Shown: positions 1 to 13,495, numbered from the whole stretch's first letter. The stretch: DNA of 61,262 bases, filler included, from Porpidia crustulata (GCA_964255105.1; 11 parts of 11 records of this genome joined end to end with filler, not necessarily neighbours in it), one strand, 5' to 3'. Notes: a model not told the origin generated them from the sequence alone. Made by a program: numbers and translations.

Positions 1-247
1 GGAGACAGGTAGATATTTTGGACATGGATAGATGGGTGGGGGATTCGCAATTTTGATGGATAAACGAGCCATTTGAAATCTGTATATATCATACGAACAA
101 CCGGACAATCAGTACCATGTGCATCCACGTTTCCATATCTCAGTCTCAGAACACCAGTATACAGGACCAATCGCAACAGCAGGCCATCCCCCCATCCCTC
201 GAAACTCCAACGTCGATTGTAGTATATCACATCACCCTCCATCCCCA

Positions 248-2946
248 TCACGCCGTCAATTTCTCCACCAAAACCTCCCAGAACGCCTCTCCACCCGCTC
301 TACTACGTTCTCGGAGTTCGGTGATGATGGAAGTGTGTAGGATGCTGAAGGTATCGAGCATTTTCCGAAGCTGGTCCTCGTAGGAGCTTGAGGCGAAGAA
401 AGATATATCGTTGGTATCGGTCTCGTTGTCGCTGTTGTCGGTGGGGTCTTTGGATGAAGATTCATCGTTCAATGAGTCTGGTTGGCGTTTCTTTCGTTGT
501 TTTGTCGGTGCTGAGGCTTTATTGGGGGGGTTTACGTGAGCGGCGTGAGTGTTGGAGAATAGGAGTACGAGGTCCAGAAGGGAGATGAGAGCTTGATGGA
601 TTGGGGCTGAGCGGTTCGAGATGAGGCATTGCTCTTCGAGGCGTAAAGTGTACGTTTCGTGTACTGCAATCATTGCATCGACATCCTCGGCTTTGAGTAT
701 GTTCGCTCTCATCTCGACCGTGCTTACGTGAAGCACGATCTCAGTGAGGTAGGTTAGGAGGATGTTGGTGAACCAGAGCAGGCGGTAGCGTAAGAAGTAA
801 GTGAGAGCGTTGTGGATGGTTTTGGAGTTCCAGGTTGGAACAGGGGACAAGAGATAAGAGTGGCGCTGGAGGAGGTATTTTGCTCGATGGGTTTGGAGTA
901 GAAATGTGGAAATACGCTGATAGATTGAGAGGGATGAAGGGGTTATGATGTTGGCGATTGGCCATGGGAGGAAGTAGGTGATTCGAAGAGTATCGAAAAG
1001 CTTCACGGACTGTTTCTCGTTAGTCGCTGCTTTATGAGAAGTAGCGATGGAGCGAACGGATAAACGTTCAGCGTCGACGCATTTAAGCAGCCCAAAAACA
1101 GCCCGAAAGTGCTCCGTCAATATTGAGGCATCGTTCCACACTCGATTGCTACGGTCAAGTCTACGGAATATTCCATCTACAGCGATATCGCTGAGAGCGC
1201 CGTCGCGGTGGAAGTAAATGTATTCCACGGCGTCCAGAGACCTTGAGAGGCCGCACTGAGATTCTAGGTGGCGTCGAAGTCTCAAGGAAGATGAGTGATG
1301 CATGCTAGCAATCCACTTGTCCAGAGCCATATCAAGGAGTTCGGAAAATGGGCTGAGCATGTCTTCGCCTGCGTTCTCGCAAACAGTTGTGTAATCCGGT
1401 TGGAAAACCTCGGTTCTTGGATCCAAGTCTTGTCCCAATTCTTTCAAGAAGTTGACGCTTTTGCCAGTCGTGAAAATCTTCTGCGCTGCAACATGGAGGA
1501 AGCTAGGTGCATGTAGGCGGCCGTCGGCACCGTAACGAAGAACATACTGCTTTTGCCATATAGAGTCCAGAGCCACCTCTTCCATATTCCTTGCTATGAA
1601 TATGACCTGATCTTGCTTGTTTAATTCACCAGTCTCCATCCATTTCCTTACTGGCTTCAAATAAGTATGGAAACATTCGAAGAAAAGCTGTCCCATGAAC
1701 GTATATTGTTCTTTCTCTCCAAGACTCTGAGAACTACATGTCTGATTGAAGAGACGTTCAAGAATCTTGAAAGACATCTCAGCCTCAGGCGTGGCTTTTA
1801 AGCTCCATAGGCTCTCAGCTATTGTCTGCATGAATTGAGTAATGCGACAAATTTCATCCATGAGGCCCAGGAGGCTTATCGTGATAGGCCTAGAGGGACT
1901 CAACATGCTGGCCTGTATCGCCGATAGCGCATTATCGATTTTGCTTATCCGTGTACCAAGTGCGGCTTGGAGGGTTTGAATTACTGGCACGTTTTCAATC
2001 GCCTGGGTTCGAGCACGGATGGTGGCCAAACTGTTGCCAATTGAAATGAAGCCGGTCATCAGATGATCAAGCGGAGAACTAGAAACGTGAGCAAGACGAT
2101 ATCGCGAGCTGTACAGAAACTCTCCAGATTTCCCAGACGGAAAGATCGATGTCGGTAGTCCAAGTAGCATGAAAAGAACTTCTCGTATCATTTGTGCCTC
2201 AGTAACCAGTACTTCGGTTTGGTGACCCTCATCCAGGTAAATCTGTTCTTTATTTGACAGCATTAGAGAGGGTTTGGTCTTCCAAAATTGGGCATCGCCG
2301 ATATCACGCAGTGTTCTATCATCAATGGGTACAGCCCAGATGTCAGCATCAATGTTTCCAGGGCTGTCATCGAATCGGATGCTCGTATCTGGCGGCAGTT
2401 CCGGAGTTGCTGTTGAATTAAATGCAATATCTTCATTGTCATCCGAGCTGTCTGCTGCATAATCTATACTATCCCAGATTTTTTCTGAATCTACCAAAGA
2501 ATCATTAGCTAGAATATCGGACCACTTCAACAACGGTGTTATAGGCTCTGGTTCTGGAGCGTCTAAGTCTTCAATTCTGGTCTTCTCGACAGGTCTATCG
2601 GATAGATGCAGCAGTAGAGACAGAAGTTCAGGAGTCCATCGAGTGGAAGATTTGGACAGCTCGACCAAGCGAGCATCCAAGGCATCAGATAATTCGTCGT
2701 TGTTGAGAATTCTAAATTTCTCTGTCAAGCCATGAAACCGATCTGATACTTCGAACTGGTTCGTTCGCGCAGGGCGGCGGTCTGCAAATGTACGTAATGC
2801 GAATAAATTTAGGCTTTCTGAGTTTGACGCGTTCTATTGATCAGAAAAGGCGCTGAGATTGTGGAAATGTTGCATACTTTGGGAGAGCCTGTGATCGCCT
2901 TGACAAGGTCATTGGTCAAGAGGCTAAGCTTTGCATTTTGCGCCAT
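248..2946 (-). CDS. Gamma-tubulin complex component, Spc97/Spc98 (GCP) family, most like GCP5
   Basis: 826-aa ORF 248..2728 extends upstream through a 44-nt intron (2834..2877, GTATGC...TAG) to ATG at 2946 (MAQNAKLSLLTNDLVKAITG...ARTNQFEV). GCP-type motifs: EAQMIREVLFMLLG, PSFLHVAAQKIFTTGKSVNFL, YQRISTFLLQ, DVDAMIAVHETY. Confidence 0.85.
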
Positions 2947-3540
2947 ATGGAGTGGTTCTAGGACGTTGCACGCCCCTATAACTAAAGCTACATTTGTAAG
3001 GAAAAGCGTCTCGAAGAGCGAACGTAAGTGACAGAGTCAATTCTTAAATAAAGCTAATTCTGTGGTTGGACTGTTCAATTCGGCATAGATGATGACAAGG
3101 TTTTCACTCTAAAACGTCGCCAAAAGCAGTCATAGAGATGATCAGAGGAAAAGGAGCACGTGTAAAGCGTTCTGGAATTCCAGGCAATTTAGAAAATCTT
3201 GACCCCGTCGAAGGCTATGAATCAACACGAAATCTTGTGATGTCTTCAAGCTTGAGCCGAGAGCACTTTCAACAGCGAATGTATCATCTGGAATATCACT
3301 GCATCCTACCAGCTCTTGCTGTACAATTCAATTGTGGCCGTGGGTAATCCAGTGCCGCGCGCTTAACATAGGGTAGCTGACGTACTTACTTTAGTCGCAT
3401 TTACAATCAGCCTTATGGATTATATGGAAACTTGAAATTACTCTGGAAGCATTGCTGCAGCCTTAGATGACGGCTATCTCGGTCCAGATTTGGCCTTGAT
3501 AGCTAGATGAGGACCTGAATCTATTACCACATACTGAAGC

Positions 3541-4928
3541 ATGGCCTTCCCGAGGTCGATGCGTGTGCTGGCCGGCGTCTCCGCCTGTTTGCTTTTCTTT
3601 CTTCTCTTCGAATTGTATAGATCTCCGAGAATACTAAGTGGACCCGAGGAAAAGGTTCCTGAGATGATGAGCGATCCCAATCTCGAAGGTACGTCACACG
3701 AGAAGCCTATTCATCTCACACTGATCGTGCCATAGCTACTGGAGAACCCGAAGGAGTCCTTTGGCGAGCGGAGGAATATGGAGCGGATAACCCTAACGCT
3801 CCAAGGATAAATGCTACATTACTGGCTTTGGTCCGGAACAGCGAATTAGGTGCCATGATCCAGTCTATGAGAGACTTGGAGAGGACATGGAACTCGAAAT
3901 TCAACTACCCCTGGACCTTCTTCAATGACGAGCCTTTCACAGAAGTATTCAAGCAAAGAACCCAAGCCGAGACTAAAGCGAAATGCTTTTATGGTATATG
4001 ATTCTTTCTCTCCCCAATCATTCGCGTCTTGGCCCCCTCTCCTAACCTTCCTTCAGAACTCATCCCCAAAGAACACTGGGCCGTCCCTCCGTGGATCAAC
4101 GACGATCTCTTCGAAGAATCCGCCAAAATCCTCAAAGAACAAGACGTCCAGTATGCCGACAAATATTCTTACCACCAAATGTGCCGTTGGAACTCTGGCA
4201 TGTTCTACAAACATCCCGCTCTCCTCAATACTCGCTACTACTGGCGCGTCGAACCCAACGTCCATTTCTTCTGCGACGTCGATTACGACGTCTTCCGCTA
4301 TATGCAGGACCACAACAAAACCTACGGCTTCACCATCAACCTCTACGACTCCCCCCAATCTATCCCGACGCTCTGGCTTGAGACCGAGAAGTTCATGGCG
4401 GCGCATCCGGAATACCTACATGAGCATAACGCCAGGGATTGGTTGACAGACAGCCAGCGCAGACCCGGCCACAACGCCAAAGCGAACGGCTACTCAACCT
4501 GCCATTTCTGGAGCAATTTCGAAATCGCCGACATGGAATTCTGGCGCAGCCAAGCGTACGAGGACTATTTCGCCCAGTTGGATCGGGCTGGAGGTTTCTT
4601 CTACGAGCGATGGGGAGACGCCCCTGTCCATTCCATCGCCTTGGGCCTTTTCGAAGATTCCAGCAAAATCCATTGGTAAACTGCCCCCCCTCCGCAAAAG
4701 TTTCCCTACACCCCCTGTTCATTCACCCTTGCCACCTCATGACGAAACCACTAACGCATTGCTTCGCATAGGTTCCGCGATATAGGCTACCAACATATCC
4801 CCTACTTCAACTGCCCCAACTCGCCCAAGTGCAAAGGTTGCGTCACGGGAAGCTTCACCGACGGCGAGAAGTTTCTGTTCAAAGAGGATTGTCGGCCGAA
4901 TTGGTTCAAATATGTTGGCATGGGATAG
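3541..4928 (+). CDS. Alpha-1,2-mannosyltransferase, GT15 (Kre2/Ktr/Mnt family)
   Basis: N-terminal signal anchor; introns 3689..3735, 3994..4056 and 4676..4771. Motifs SYHQMCRWNSG, YYWRVEP, CHFWSNFEI, GGFFYERWGDAPVHS. Stop TAG 4926..4928. Confidence 0.93.
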
Positions 4929-5493
4929 GGAAAAAAATCAAATATAGGTGTGGCGTTCTTTTCGGTCGGGGACTGTACGCTCATGTACATAAGGAGGATT
5001 TGTTGTATTAATCCAGGAACAAATATGCTAAGATTCATATGTGGATTGGTTAAGGTTGAGGTGTTGGGTGGAGAGGGGATATGGCGAGTGAAAAGCCAAA
5101 TACTGGGTGCGCAAGACGACGGGCATGAAAGTCTTCAGCCCGTGATACATAGTCAAGGGGATGAGCACGACATTTCCACGCGTTCAACCGCCCTCGTCAC
5201 CTGTTGACACCCCTTGTAACTAGCCCGAAAGACACGTATTTCAAGCCCCTGGTGATGCGTTCTGGGATTGGAAACCCCGATAACGGCGAACCAAAGATTT
5301 ATGTGCACAAACGAGTACAAGCCTCCCCTTCTACACATGGCGCATTGCGGTATGGAACCCACAACTCTCCCACTGCCTTCGTTGCCCTCTTATCCGCACC
5401 CACCCCACGATCCTCGTCCCCTTTTACCCAGTTGATTCCATTTCACCTCGCTAGCTCTCTTCCCCGCCCCTGTTCTCTCATCGACCACGAAGC

Positions 5494-5593
5494 NNNNNNN
5501 NNNNNNNNNNNNNNNNNNNNNNNNNNNNNNNNNNNNNTTAATTAATTAANNNNNNNNNNNNNNNNNNNNNNNNNNNNNNNNNNNNNNNNNNNN
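5494..5593. other. Artificial contig linker (44 N + TTAATTAATTAA + 44 N)
   Basis: Identical 100-bp spacer with stops in all six frames, seen 10 times in the window. Confidence 0.98.
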
Positions 5594-5596
5594 TAA

Positions 5597-5610
5597 TAGG
5601 GTTAGGGTTA
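5597..5610 (+). repeat. Short telomere-like TTAGGG tract (about 2.3 units) at contig start
   Basis: TAGGGTTAGGGTTA begins 3 nt after the linker. Confidence 0.5.
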
Positions 5611-6199
5611 TATTGCCTGATTTGCTTAGCGCCGACCGTTTGGGGGTGGGAACGAGTAGTCTTAGACCAAGGACGTGGTCAACAAACACCTCATTTGTTT
5701 AACGATCCAGGTAAGATCAATATTGTCGACGTTATCAGCATCGACTCACGCATGTACCGTTCCGGAGTCGTGAAAGGCCTGCCGGTTGTTTATTGCAATT
5801 AAAATCGTTTCCCACATGAACTGTCGATCTTGTTTCTTGCGGAGCAGTGTTGTTAGTAAGCGATAGTACAGAAATCGCATGACAGGCCAATTTTGGTTCT
5901 TGAATCTCACAGTATACCATCTAAATCGGAGAGGAGATGATGTCGGATGCGACTCCCGCAAGTTTAGACACGAGGTTCATCCGTGCATCTTGCTACATTC
6001 ATCTCGATGGACTTTATATGAGGGGGTGTATTTGGAATGAGTGTTCCCGATAAAGGAAAAGAGAGACAAGGGTTTTGATCATCCTTTCCAATGATAAAAT
6101 ATAATATTTTGATTCTGTGCCGCTTTGGTTGCTGCAAGATCCTCGCCTCCAACCAATACGGGTTTACCCACGCCTCAACCTTCAGAAATCTTATATTCA

Positions 6200-9100
6200 A
6201 TATCTCAAAAAAATGGACGATCTTCACTTTCTTGACAGTCCCGAGTAACGATTGTTCCGTAATAGCAAGCTGGTTCGTCGTTAGATCCGCGATGAATCAC
6301 CGACGTTATTTGCTCGTAAACGACCGTCCCGTCAACTCATCCAAGTATATACTTCTTCGAGCCAAAGCCGTACGCCATATTTTTCAGCTTGCTGTTTCCT
6401 CGATCAAGGTCTGGCGAGGAGCATTGATCACTTTTCGAGGTGAAGATTGACCCTGCAGACTCGGGATCCTTCAGCCAACCTGTCAGGTACCAGCAATTTT
6501 CAAACATTCTTAAAGGAGACTTGAAATCATTTCGTCCGTGCGATTCTGTCTGGCTTGATCCAGCATCAAGAGTTGCAACTTGACGAGATGTAGAGCTCAT
6601 CTGGTTTTTTTCCGTATCAATCATGAGAGCCGTCGGATTTAGAGGAAATAAATTTGGAAATATGGACGACGTGGTCATGAATATTTGTCGTACGTCAGGT
6701 AGACCTCACGAAGCTGTAGCCACGGGCATCTCTGATGCTTCTCGTTCTCTACCAGACTCTTCAAGTATATCTCACATAAGATTCTATCATCGATGTTTGA
6801 GATGTATAGAATTATTTCAAAGCTTAAAAGATTAGGGAGGAGATGGAAGCTTTTCATCTTCACTTCCGCAGAAATATGATATCTATAGTCATAAAATTGA
6901 TCTCGCATATCGTCTGCTTCCAAAGCGTGGTCTTACTGGGAAGTCTCCTTCGTCGTATACCACCCCTATTTACAGAAAAGGCCATATACCACCAAATTGG
7001 ATGCGAAATTTCAGGTAGCTTGTCGTCTAAAAACAACGAGCATTAGTATTCTTCTACCTCTCTTTTCAATGACTTGCTAGCTGTGATTAATAATATTGAA
7101 AGATTCTTAGAATATGGATCGGCTTCGTTGAGACCTCGGAAACTGTCCACAATGAGAGTCGCAAATCCCCAATACACCAGATATATAGGTGAATTGCGCG
7201 TGAAGAGACTGTATTGCTCTATCGCTAATGATTAACAATGTAAAATCGTCCCAAGAGTCGGTCATATCTGGATGCATAATTAGATAATATCTGAGGGCAA
7301 TTTCCACCTTTTTGTTCGTTCTTTCGGATTGTCCGTTGATATCATCCAACGATGCATCCAGAAATCTTGGCACGAGTTTATATTTGGTAGTGGTAGCATT
7401 AATTTGGCTCAGGTATAGAGAGCTCAACAAAAGATGCAATAGTACCATTCTGGTTAAAATCTCACAAGGTGGCGCTCCTTTGCAGTAAATCTTGTGTAAT
7501 TAATGAGTCTGTGTATAGGAGGGATATCATTCCAGGACATTATTTAGGCTTTCAAGCTCTTGCATGGCCCTGATATCTCTTTTGTAGAGAATATCTGTAG
7601 GGGGTCAGAACCATCATATCAAAGCATTCGCAATCTACAATATTAAAAGAACGACTCCACATCATTTATTCAACCACCCGAGCCATCAACGATGTGTCCG
7701 GGAAGGTGGACCGAGCAATTTCTCAGCTTTGAAAAGATGTCAAAGGAAGACGTAGTCCGAATTTTCTTCTGATGGCGCGGAATTAGGTTCTCATAATCCA
7801 GATTCTTCTGTAATCTCGCCCACGAAAAGCCTGCAGAGATTCTTTCATAATTGAATTTCTGGCACGTATTTGTTTCAATGCTCAAATGATTAAGCGGATA
7901 GTGAAGTTGGGTAGCGATCTGGGAGAGAATAAAAACGAAAAGAGAGCTAGATGAAGAGAACACGCTCTTAGTCTCCTATTAATCGAATCGCGATGTTGTT
8001 TGTAGTTCAAGCTGGTGCCAATTACCGCTTGAATGAGATTCTTCAGGAAAACCCCTCAGAAGCTGATTGGATAAAGACGACTCCCACGGAGTACATCAAT
8101 CCTGACCGGTGCTAGATTCCAAGGCCCTGCCATATCTTTTATCTTATCCTTCAGACTCGATCCCGAAGAAAGGTCTTGAATCGAATGAATGACTGTCACA
8201 ATTATGCACAGAATAACTAGACAGAACTAATTAGACTGCGATGATTGTTTCATTTGGTGAAAAGTCCGTAGTCCTCTAGTATTCGTCTGACAAAGGCGTC
8301 GTAAAGTAGTTGACAAGTTTAGAGTATCTTGAGATCGAAAAGATCGCTCCGAATCCCTAGTGAGGTTGTCTTTGCTCTTTTCTTAGAGTCCAGGCCTTCC
8401 TCAATAGTACGAAATGTCTGGAGCCCGCCAGCAGAGATTCCTATCCTAGTGAGTAAATTTCTCATCAGCGAAACAAGTATTCTATCAACTTCATGACTCA
8501 GTTGATGTTAAATAATTCCTTCAAAGGTAAATCGAGATGCCAAATTGAGAAAACCCTTATCATGATTGATCCATGATGTTGAAGTTCCAGTTTCTAAACC
8601 TCCCGTCTTCACTCCCGATTATTACCACCTTTAACTTCCTTAGAAATTTATTCCGCCACGAAATAATATCTTGTCTTCTGCTCGAACGCGCTGCCATGGG
8701 GGATTTGAAAGATATGAAAAGAAATTCTGGTGAGACCCTTACAAGTACTGCCCATCGCGCAGTCCTACTCCACGCGACTCTCTAAAGGCTTTTTCAGTTC
8801 GAGAAATAAAGCAAAGATATTAATTCTCATAAAGTGATCCGTAGAAGTTTTGATTAAATAGATCTAGTCGCAGCGTCTTGGAATCGAAGAATGCTTTTCG
8901 TGTCGATAATTTGTCAGAGACCGCCATTGGCGAAGTATCTTAGGAAGAAATGAGACTCATCTACTTTCTTGTCCAATCCAAGTCAATCAAACTGCGTATT
9001 TGAGTTTTTCACCCAACAAATGCATAATGTCAAGGTAACAAACCATCTGGATGTCAATGTAGTCGGTGACACGAGGAAGGCGTTCGAAGCCTTATATTTA

Positions 9101-9250
9101 TCCGGGGTTGTAGTGAACGGATAACATCTGAAAGTTGTGAAGTTCCTGTCGAATTCGATATCATATTTAGTATAATAGTATGATGCTTTGTTCTCGTGTG
9201 TTAGAGTCATTCAAATCCTGTGATTGAACCGCTTGTTCGAATTTTCCGCC
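6200..9250 (-). mobile_element. Heavily degenerate Ty3/Gypsy LTR retrotransposon relic (pol: RNase H, integrase, possible chromodomain); boundaries approximate
   Basis: Minus-strand fragments in Gypsy order: RT/RNase H junction-like AFLVSPTTL (about 9050-9090); RNase H-like FLNLASRF/RNYLTSTE (about 8490-8550); integrase Zn-region YERISAGFSWARLQKNL (7670..7963); integrase core NGQSERTNKKVEIALRYYL...SWDD (7107..7448); IHDHVVHISKF (about 6650-6680). AT-rich with many stops and frameshifts. Confidence 0.8.
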
Positions 9251-10721
9251 TAGATTATAGAGTATATAGTGCAACACCGAGAAGCGGAGAAAAAGAAAGA
9301 AAGGGAGGAAAGGAAGGGAATATTTCTGATGTCTCGTTCACTAATCGTTTCGCCTATCAATGAGCGGGTTCCAAAGCCTTCTTGATCCAGATCACCCTCA
9401 AGTCCGATACCCTCTTCTTCCTCAACGCTTAACAACCTCTTTGGCAAGTTTTCGCCAGTTTTCTATGGTGCAGATCTTGTTCTCAACACTCGCCTTGAGT
9501 TTTGCCAAATCACCCTTAGACCAAAGTCCGTCATACTATCACCACATTGCAAATTCAACCACAAAATGTAAAAAAGCCCAGTCTGAGCCATCAGCAGCGA
9601 TACGATAATAACCAATTCCCGTAGACCATCATCGCCGATGCTGCGGTACTTCTAGCAGTGCATCAAGCAAGAAAGCTAGGACAACTTCGTGTTCTCATCT
9701 CCTTTTATCTAAAACCTAATAATCAATATAGTCTTCGATTGCTTCCACTCCGAAAGTATGCACTATATCCGGGGCGAATAGAATTGACTTCATCGCCAGT
9801 ACCATGGATTTGTCGCTCGGTATATTTTTGGGCTGCGCACAAAGATTGGTTTTCTTCATCCCGTGGGTTTGGGTCCTTGTTGTACATATGGACACTATAA
9901 GTACAGCGCGCAATATCGCATAGCCGCAGATCCTGAGTGAACAATTAGAACTCTCGTCATAAGATGATTACCAGTAGCTCTCTGCGTCATTAGCATCATC
10001 ATACACTTGTTTCCTTCTCGCTTTGCGTTCAGCTACTGCTCCCGGATCTCTCGCCGCACGGCGCTGTGTTTCAAGCTCTTCTGCTTGCCTCGCTGCTCTA
10101 AGCGTCGATTGTGTTCACAATTCAACAATCATGTGGATTGAAGTATTCTTGAATCAATAAGTAGGATAATGAAGTATATACTAACAAGGCATTGAGGTTG
10201 AACCACGAAGTATAGCTTGGGACACCAAGTCACTTTACTCCAACGCCCAATGGAAAGTAAAAAACGGTTAACAACAAGCAATCAATGAGCCCAAAACAAG
10301 TGCAGATATATAGTAGTTATATGGTGGATGAGGTGTGTGGTACTCGCTGAGGCTGCACGTAGACATGGACGTGTAATCTTTCTCTCTTCTTCCTCTGTCG
10401 GGACCTAAATCAATTCCCGGAAGTCCGTCTCCATGCTCTTCCCCCATTGCTTTTTAGTGATATTTAAGTTTTGAGCAATTTCAGGGCCAACCTGGCTCGT
10501 GAGTCTACTATTGTTGGATGCTCGAGCAGTTCGGCTGCGGCGAGGTACTGATAAGGGTTTATTCGGCAGTTTCCTTGATGTGGTTCGTAGTTATTTCCTA
10601 CCTAGTGATTAATAGCTGCCTGATTTGGAGGAGCAAGGGTGGCGAACAACGCGTTGAGGATTTCATTGCCTTTCCCAGTAACACTGCCGGCCGATTCTTC
10701 CATCACAATCAAATCCGGATC

Positions 10722-11082
10722 TCAGAGATTCCCCCATCTACCGGAATAGTCTCTCTCCGGTCGGCATTGCGATACGTTCACAAAATACTGCCTATGATGT
10801 GTGAAATGCTGGATGATGTGGACAGCCTTCTCGTCCCCAGCTCCAGAGTTGCCGGCTTTATTATAGTACCCTGTATTTATTTCCAAGTTCGCCGGCGCGG
10901 GGTTTGCGGGGTTGGCCGTGATCCAATACTCGGGGGAGATGTGAAAGTAGCCCGTAGCGACCCAAGGGAGACGAGGAACAGGGTCACTGAGCGCCGTGAT
11001 GCGGAAATTGAGGTTTGACTGCTGAGACATGAATTCAACGGCGTGCTTGTTACCGACCCGGGGCGAACCGTAGGTGTAGAGC
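10722..11082 (-). CDS. Class 3 (fungal triacylglycerol) lipase, C-terminal part; 5' end cut by contig break
   Basis: Frame read from the contig edge: LYTYGSPRVGN...NFRITALSDPVPRLP...GYFHISPEYWI...HRQYF, covering the catalytic Asp and His regions of Lipase_3. Confidence 0.88.
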
Positions 11083-11182
11083 NNNNNNNNNNNNNNNNNN
11101 NNNNNNNNNNNNNNNNNNNNNNNNNNTTAATTAATTAANNNNNNNNNNNNNNNNNNNNNNNNNNNNNNNNNNNNNNNNNNNN
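11083..11182. other. Artificial contig linker
   Basis: N44-TTAATTAATTAA-N44. Confidence 0.98.
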
Positions 11183-11293
11183 GTTCTGTAAATTCCATGA
11201 ATGCCATGTTTCGCTAGAAGTTGAAGAGTAGAGCTTTAATAATGATGCTCGTTTAGAAAGAAGGAATGTTCCCGACGACCAACGATAACCTCG

Positions 11294-13495
11294 TCACCAA
11301 TACAGCGACGCCTCTCCCGACCGATGCAACACTTCTTCCGAGCGCGAAAACGCTCCTCCCGAACGACGAGGTGTTCGGTACGAGCGATGGTAGAACGTCA
11401 GGATATCCTCAATCAATTCCTGTTCGGTAGCGCTGACGACCCGGGACATCTGCGGGCTTTCGGAGATTGGAGTCGGCGGTAAGGGACGGTTCAGGTTCGG
11501 CGTTGATCTCGTGCCGGCTGGCTGAGAGCTGTGGTGGGATATGCCGATTTCGCGGCGTTTGAGTCGGTTTCTCCATGTGAGTTCGGCGGAGAGGGTGAGT
11601 GCGAATCTGCTTCTTGGAGGGGGGGGCCTTGCGGTGAGGATTTGAGTTGGTGCGGGCCTGGCATCCGTTTCGATGCTTGTTGGTTCACCGACCGGGGAAT
11701 GTTCTGGTGATGGGAGTTCCTGCACTTGGCAGACAACGCTTTTCGCCGACTTTTCGTCTCGTAGTTCGGCTGGAGCAATTTCATGCAGCTCGGGCATCCA
11801 CAGATGTTCATCCTGCATTTCTGCTATTCCGTTGTCCGGAACTTCTCTGACCCCGTAAAGGCTATTCTCATCGATTTCTTGCAGGTACAAGACCCTCTGC
11901 TGTTCTACTGTTCCTTGGGAGTCTGTAGTCTTCAAAGCAGCTTGCTCGTGCTCTTTGCGGCGGTATATAGATCTTCGACGGAGAATACACATTAAGATGA
12001 GGAGAATAAGTGCAAGGAGTACGATAGCCCCTGATGTAATCCCAGCAATGCTTTTGAGACTTAGAGGGCTGTTCGCTGAAGGAGAAACTGCAGCTGTGAC
12101 ATTGGCTGAAGGGATATGAACAATATTTTTCACAGCGCCTTCTTCGAACTTGCATTGAGAGACAGAGAAAGTAGAATTCTCGTAATTCGTGCTTATGTAC
12201 CTAAAAGACATAATTAGCTGTATAACAAGATAGGAGAACGCTGGAGAAAACTCTCACGCTTCTTGGAGAAATGCTCGGCCTAAAGTATACTGGGTCTCGT
12301 TTGCGGCTCTTCTGATTGGAAAATATCGAGTACTGTTAGATACTAATGGAAAGACCGCCTCAAGATCGAAACTCATATAGGGTAGCACAATATCAACGTT
12401 GGCTCCTCCACTTTGGGAGTCTGCGATGGTGAATGTGAAAGTCGGGTTACTGGTCTTAAGGGTTTGATGAAGGGTATCGTTTATCGTATATAGGTCGTGA
12501 GTCGGGTCATAGGTCAATCCGAGCGTTTCTTCAAACAATTGACATGCCGCAGGAGGAAGATATATGTACGGCCAAGAGGAGTCAATGAATGTCAGTATTG
12601 ACGTCGGAAGCAAAGACGTCAACGTCCCATTAGAGACCCTTGAAGTGATGGATTGAAGACCAACAACAAGATCACGGGAGATGTCGCCGGCAAGATGGAA
12701 CGGAACGTTGTTAGGAATGAATCTTGAAGCATCATAACCTCCTAGCGTCAAGCTACCGAAGACACCTTTGGAGCCTATCTAGTGTCAGAAACTGGTTGGC
12801 TTTATCGCGGAAGCAAAGTCTGACGGACGTAGAAAACACGAAAACGTGTATCAACTTTGCGTGCAATGCTAATTTTAATAGGATTCCGAGAGGTGTTACT
12901 CACGATAGCGTGCACCAGCAGTATAGCTCCAAGACCGACTCGGTATGATGCCCTTTGAAGCGAGATTTGCCAGAAAGCTGGGATTGGAGTCATCGGGAGT
13001 CGAGAGGTGCGTAGGTTGCTGGCCCAAACCAAAAGTGCCAAGATAGTACACATTACTTGTAAAACCAGCGACAATTTGATTATTCAATTCAAGTCCTCCT
13101 GTGCTGTTACTAAACCCTAAAGCAACGGTATCGAGACCATAGGTAGCGCTGATGTTTCCACGGCCAAAGTTGGCCTCCAATCCCAGAGCGTAGTTGCCTT
13201 TTAGTTCCCAGGTCGAGGAGGAAGTGGTATTCAAGGTTCCAGCACGAGCTTGCTGACAGTTTGGAGCCGTAGACTTACTAGGTGCACATCCTCTATCTAA
13301 GACTGCCCAGGTAGCCGTACCAGCGGTAGAAGGAAGGACACGCAACAATTGCGCGGGACTACCAACGCGGAGGTTGAAGGAGGACCATGAGCCGTCGTCG
13401 CCATCCCTTGGAAATTGTGAGTCTTTACGTTCTCAACTGTAAAGGTTGAGATCATACCAGAATTGAGAGGGATCCCAGGAGAACGGAGCCGCCAT
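11294..13495 (-). CDS. Pepsin-fold (A1 aspartic protease-like) type I membrane protein, probably catalytically inactive; true start uncertain
   Basis: Four exons (intron 13407..13457, others near 12778-12903 and 12201-12257). Motifs PSQFWDGDDGSWSSFNLRVGSPAQLLRVLPST, SWSYTAGARY, GSLTLGGYDASRF, FIDSSWPYIYLP, YTLGRAFLQEAY; TM helix IAGITSGAIVLLALILLILMCILRRR. Confidence 0.82.

Noticed and set aside
5538..5549. TTAATTAATTAA repeated at roughly 5.6-kb intervals, resembling a periodic element or piggyBac TTAA sites
   Set aside because: Always centred in 44+44 N; it is a synthetic six-frame-stop contig linker.
10518..11018. 166-aa plus-strand ORF
   Set aside because: Antisense to the clearly identifiable lipase frame.
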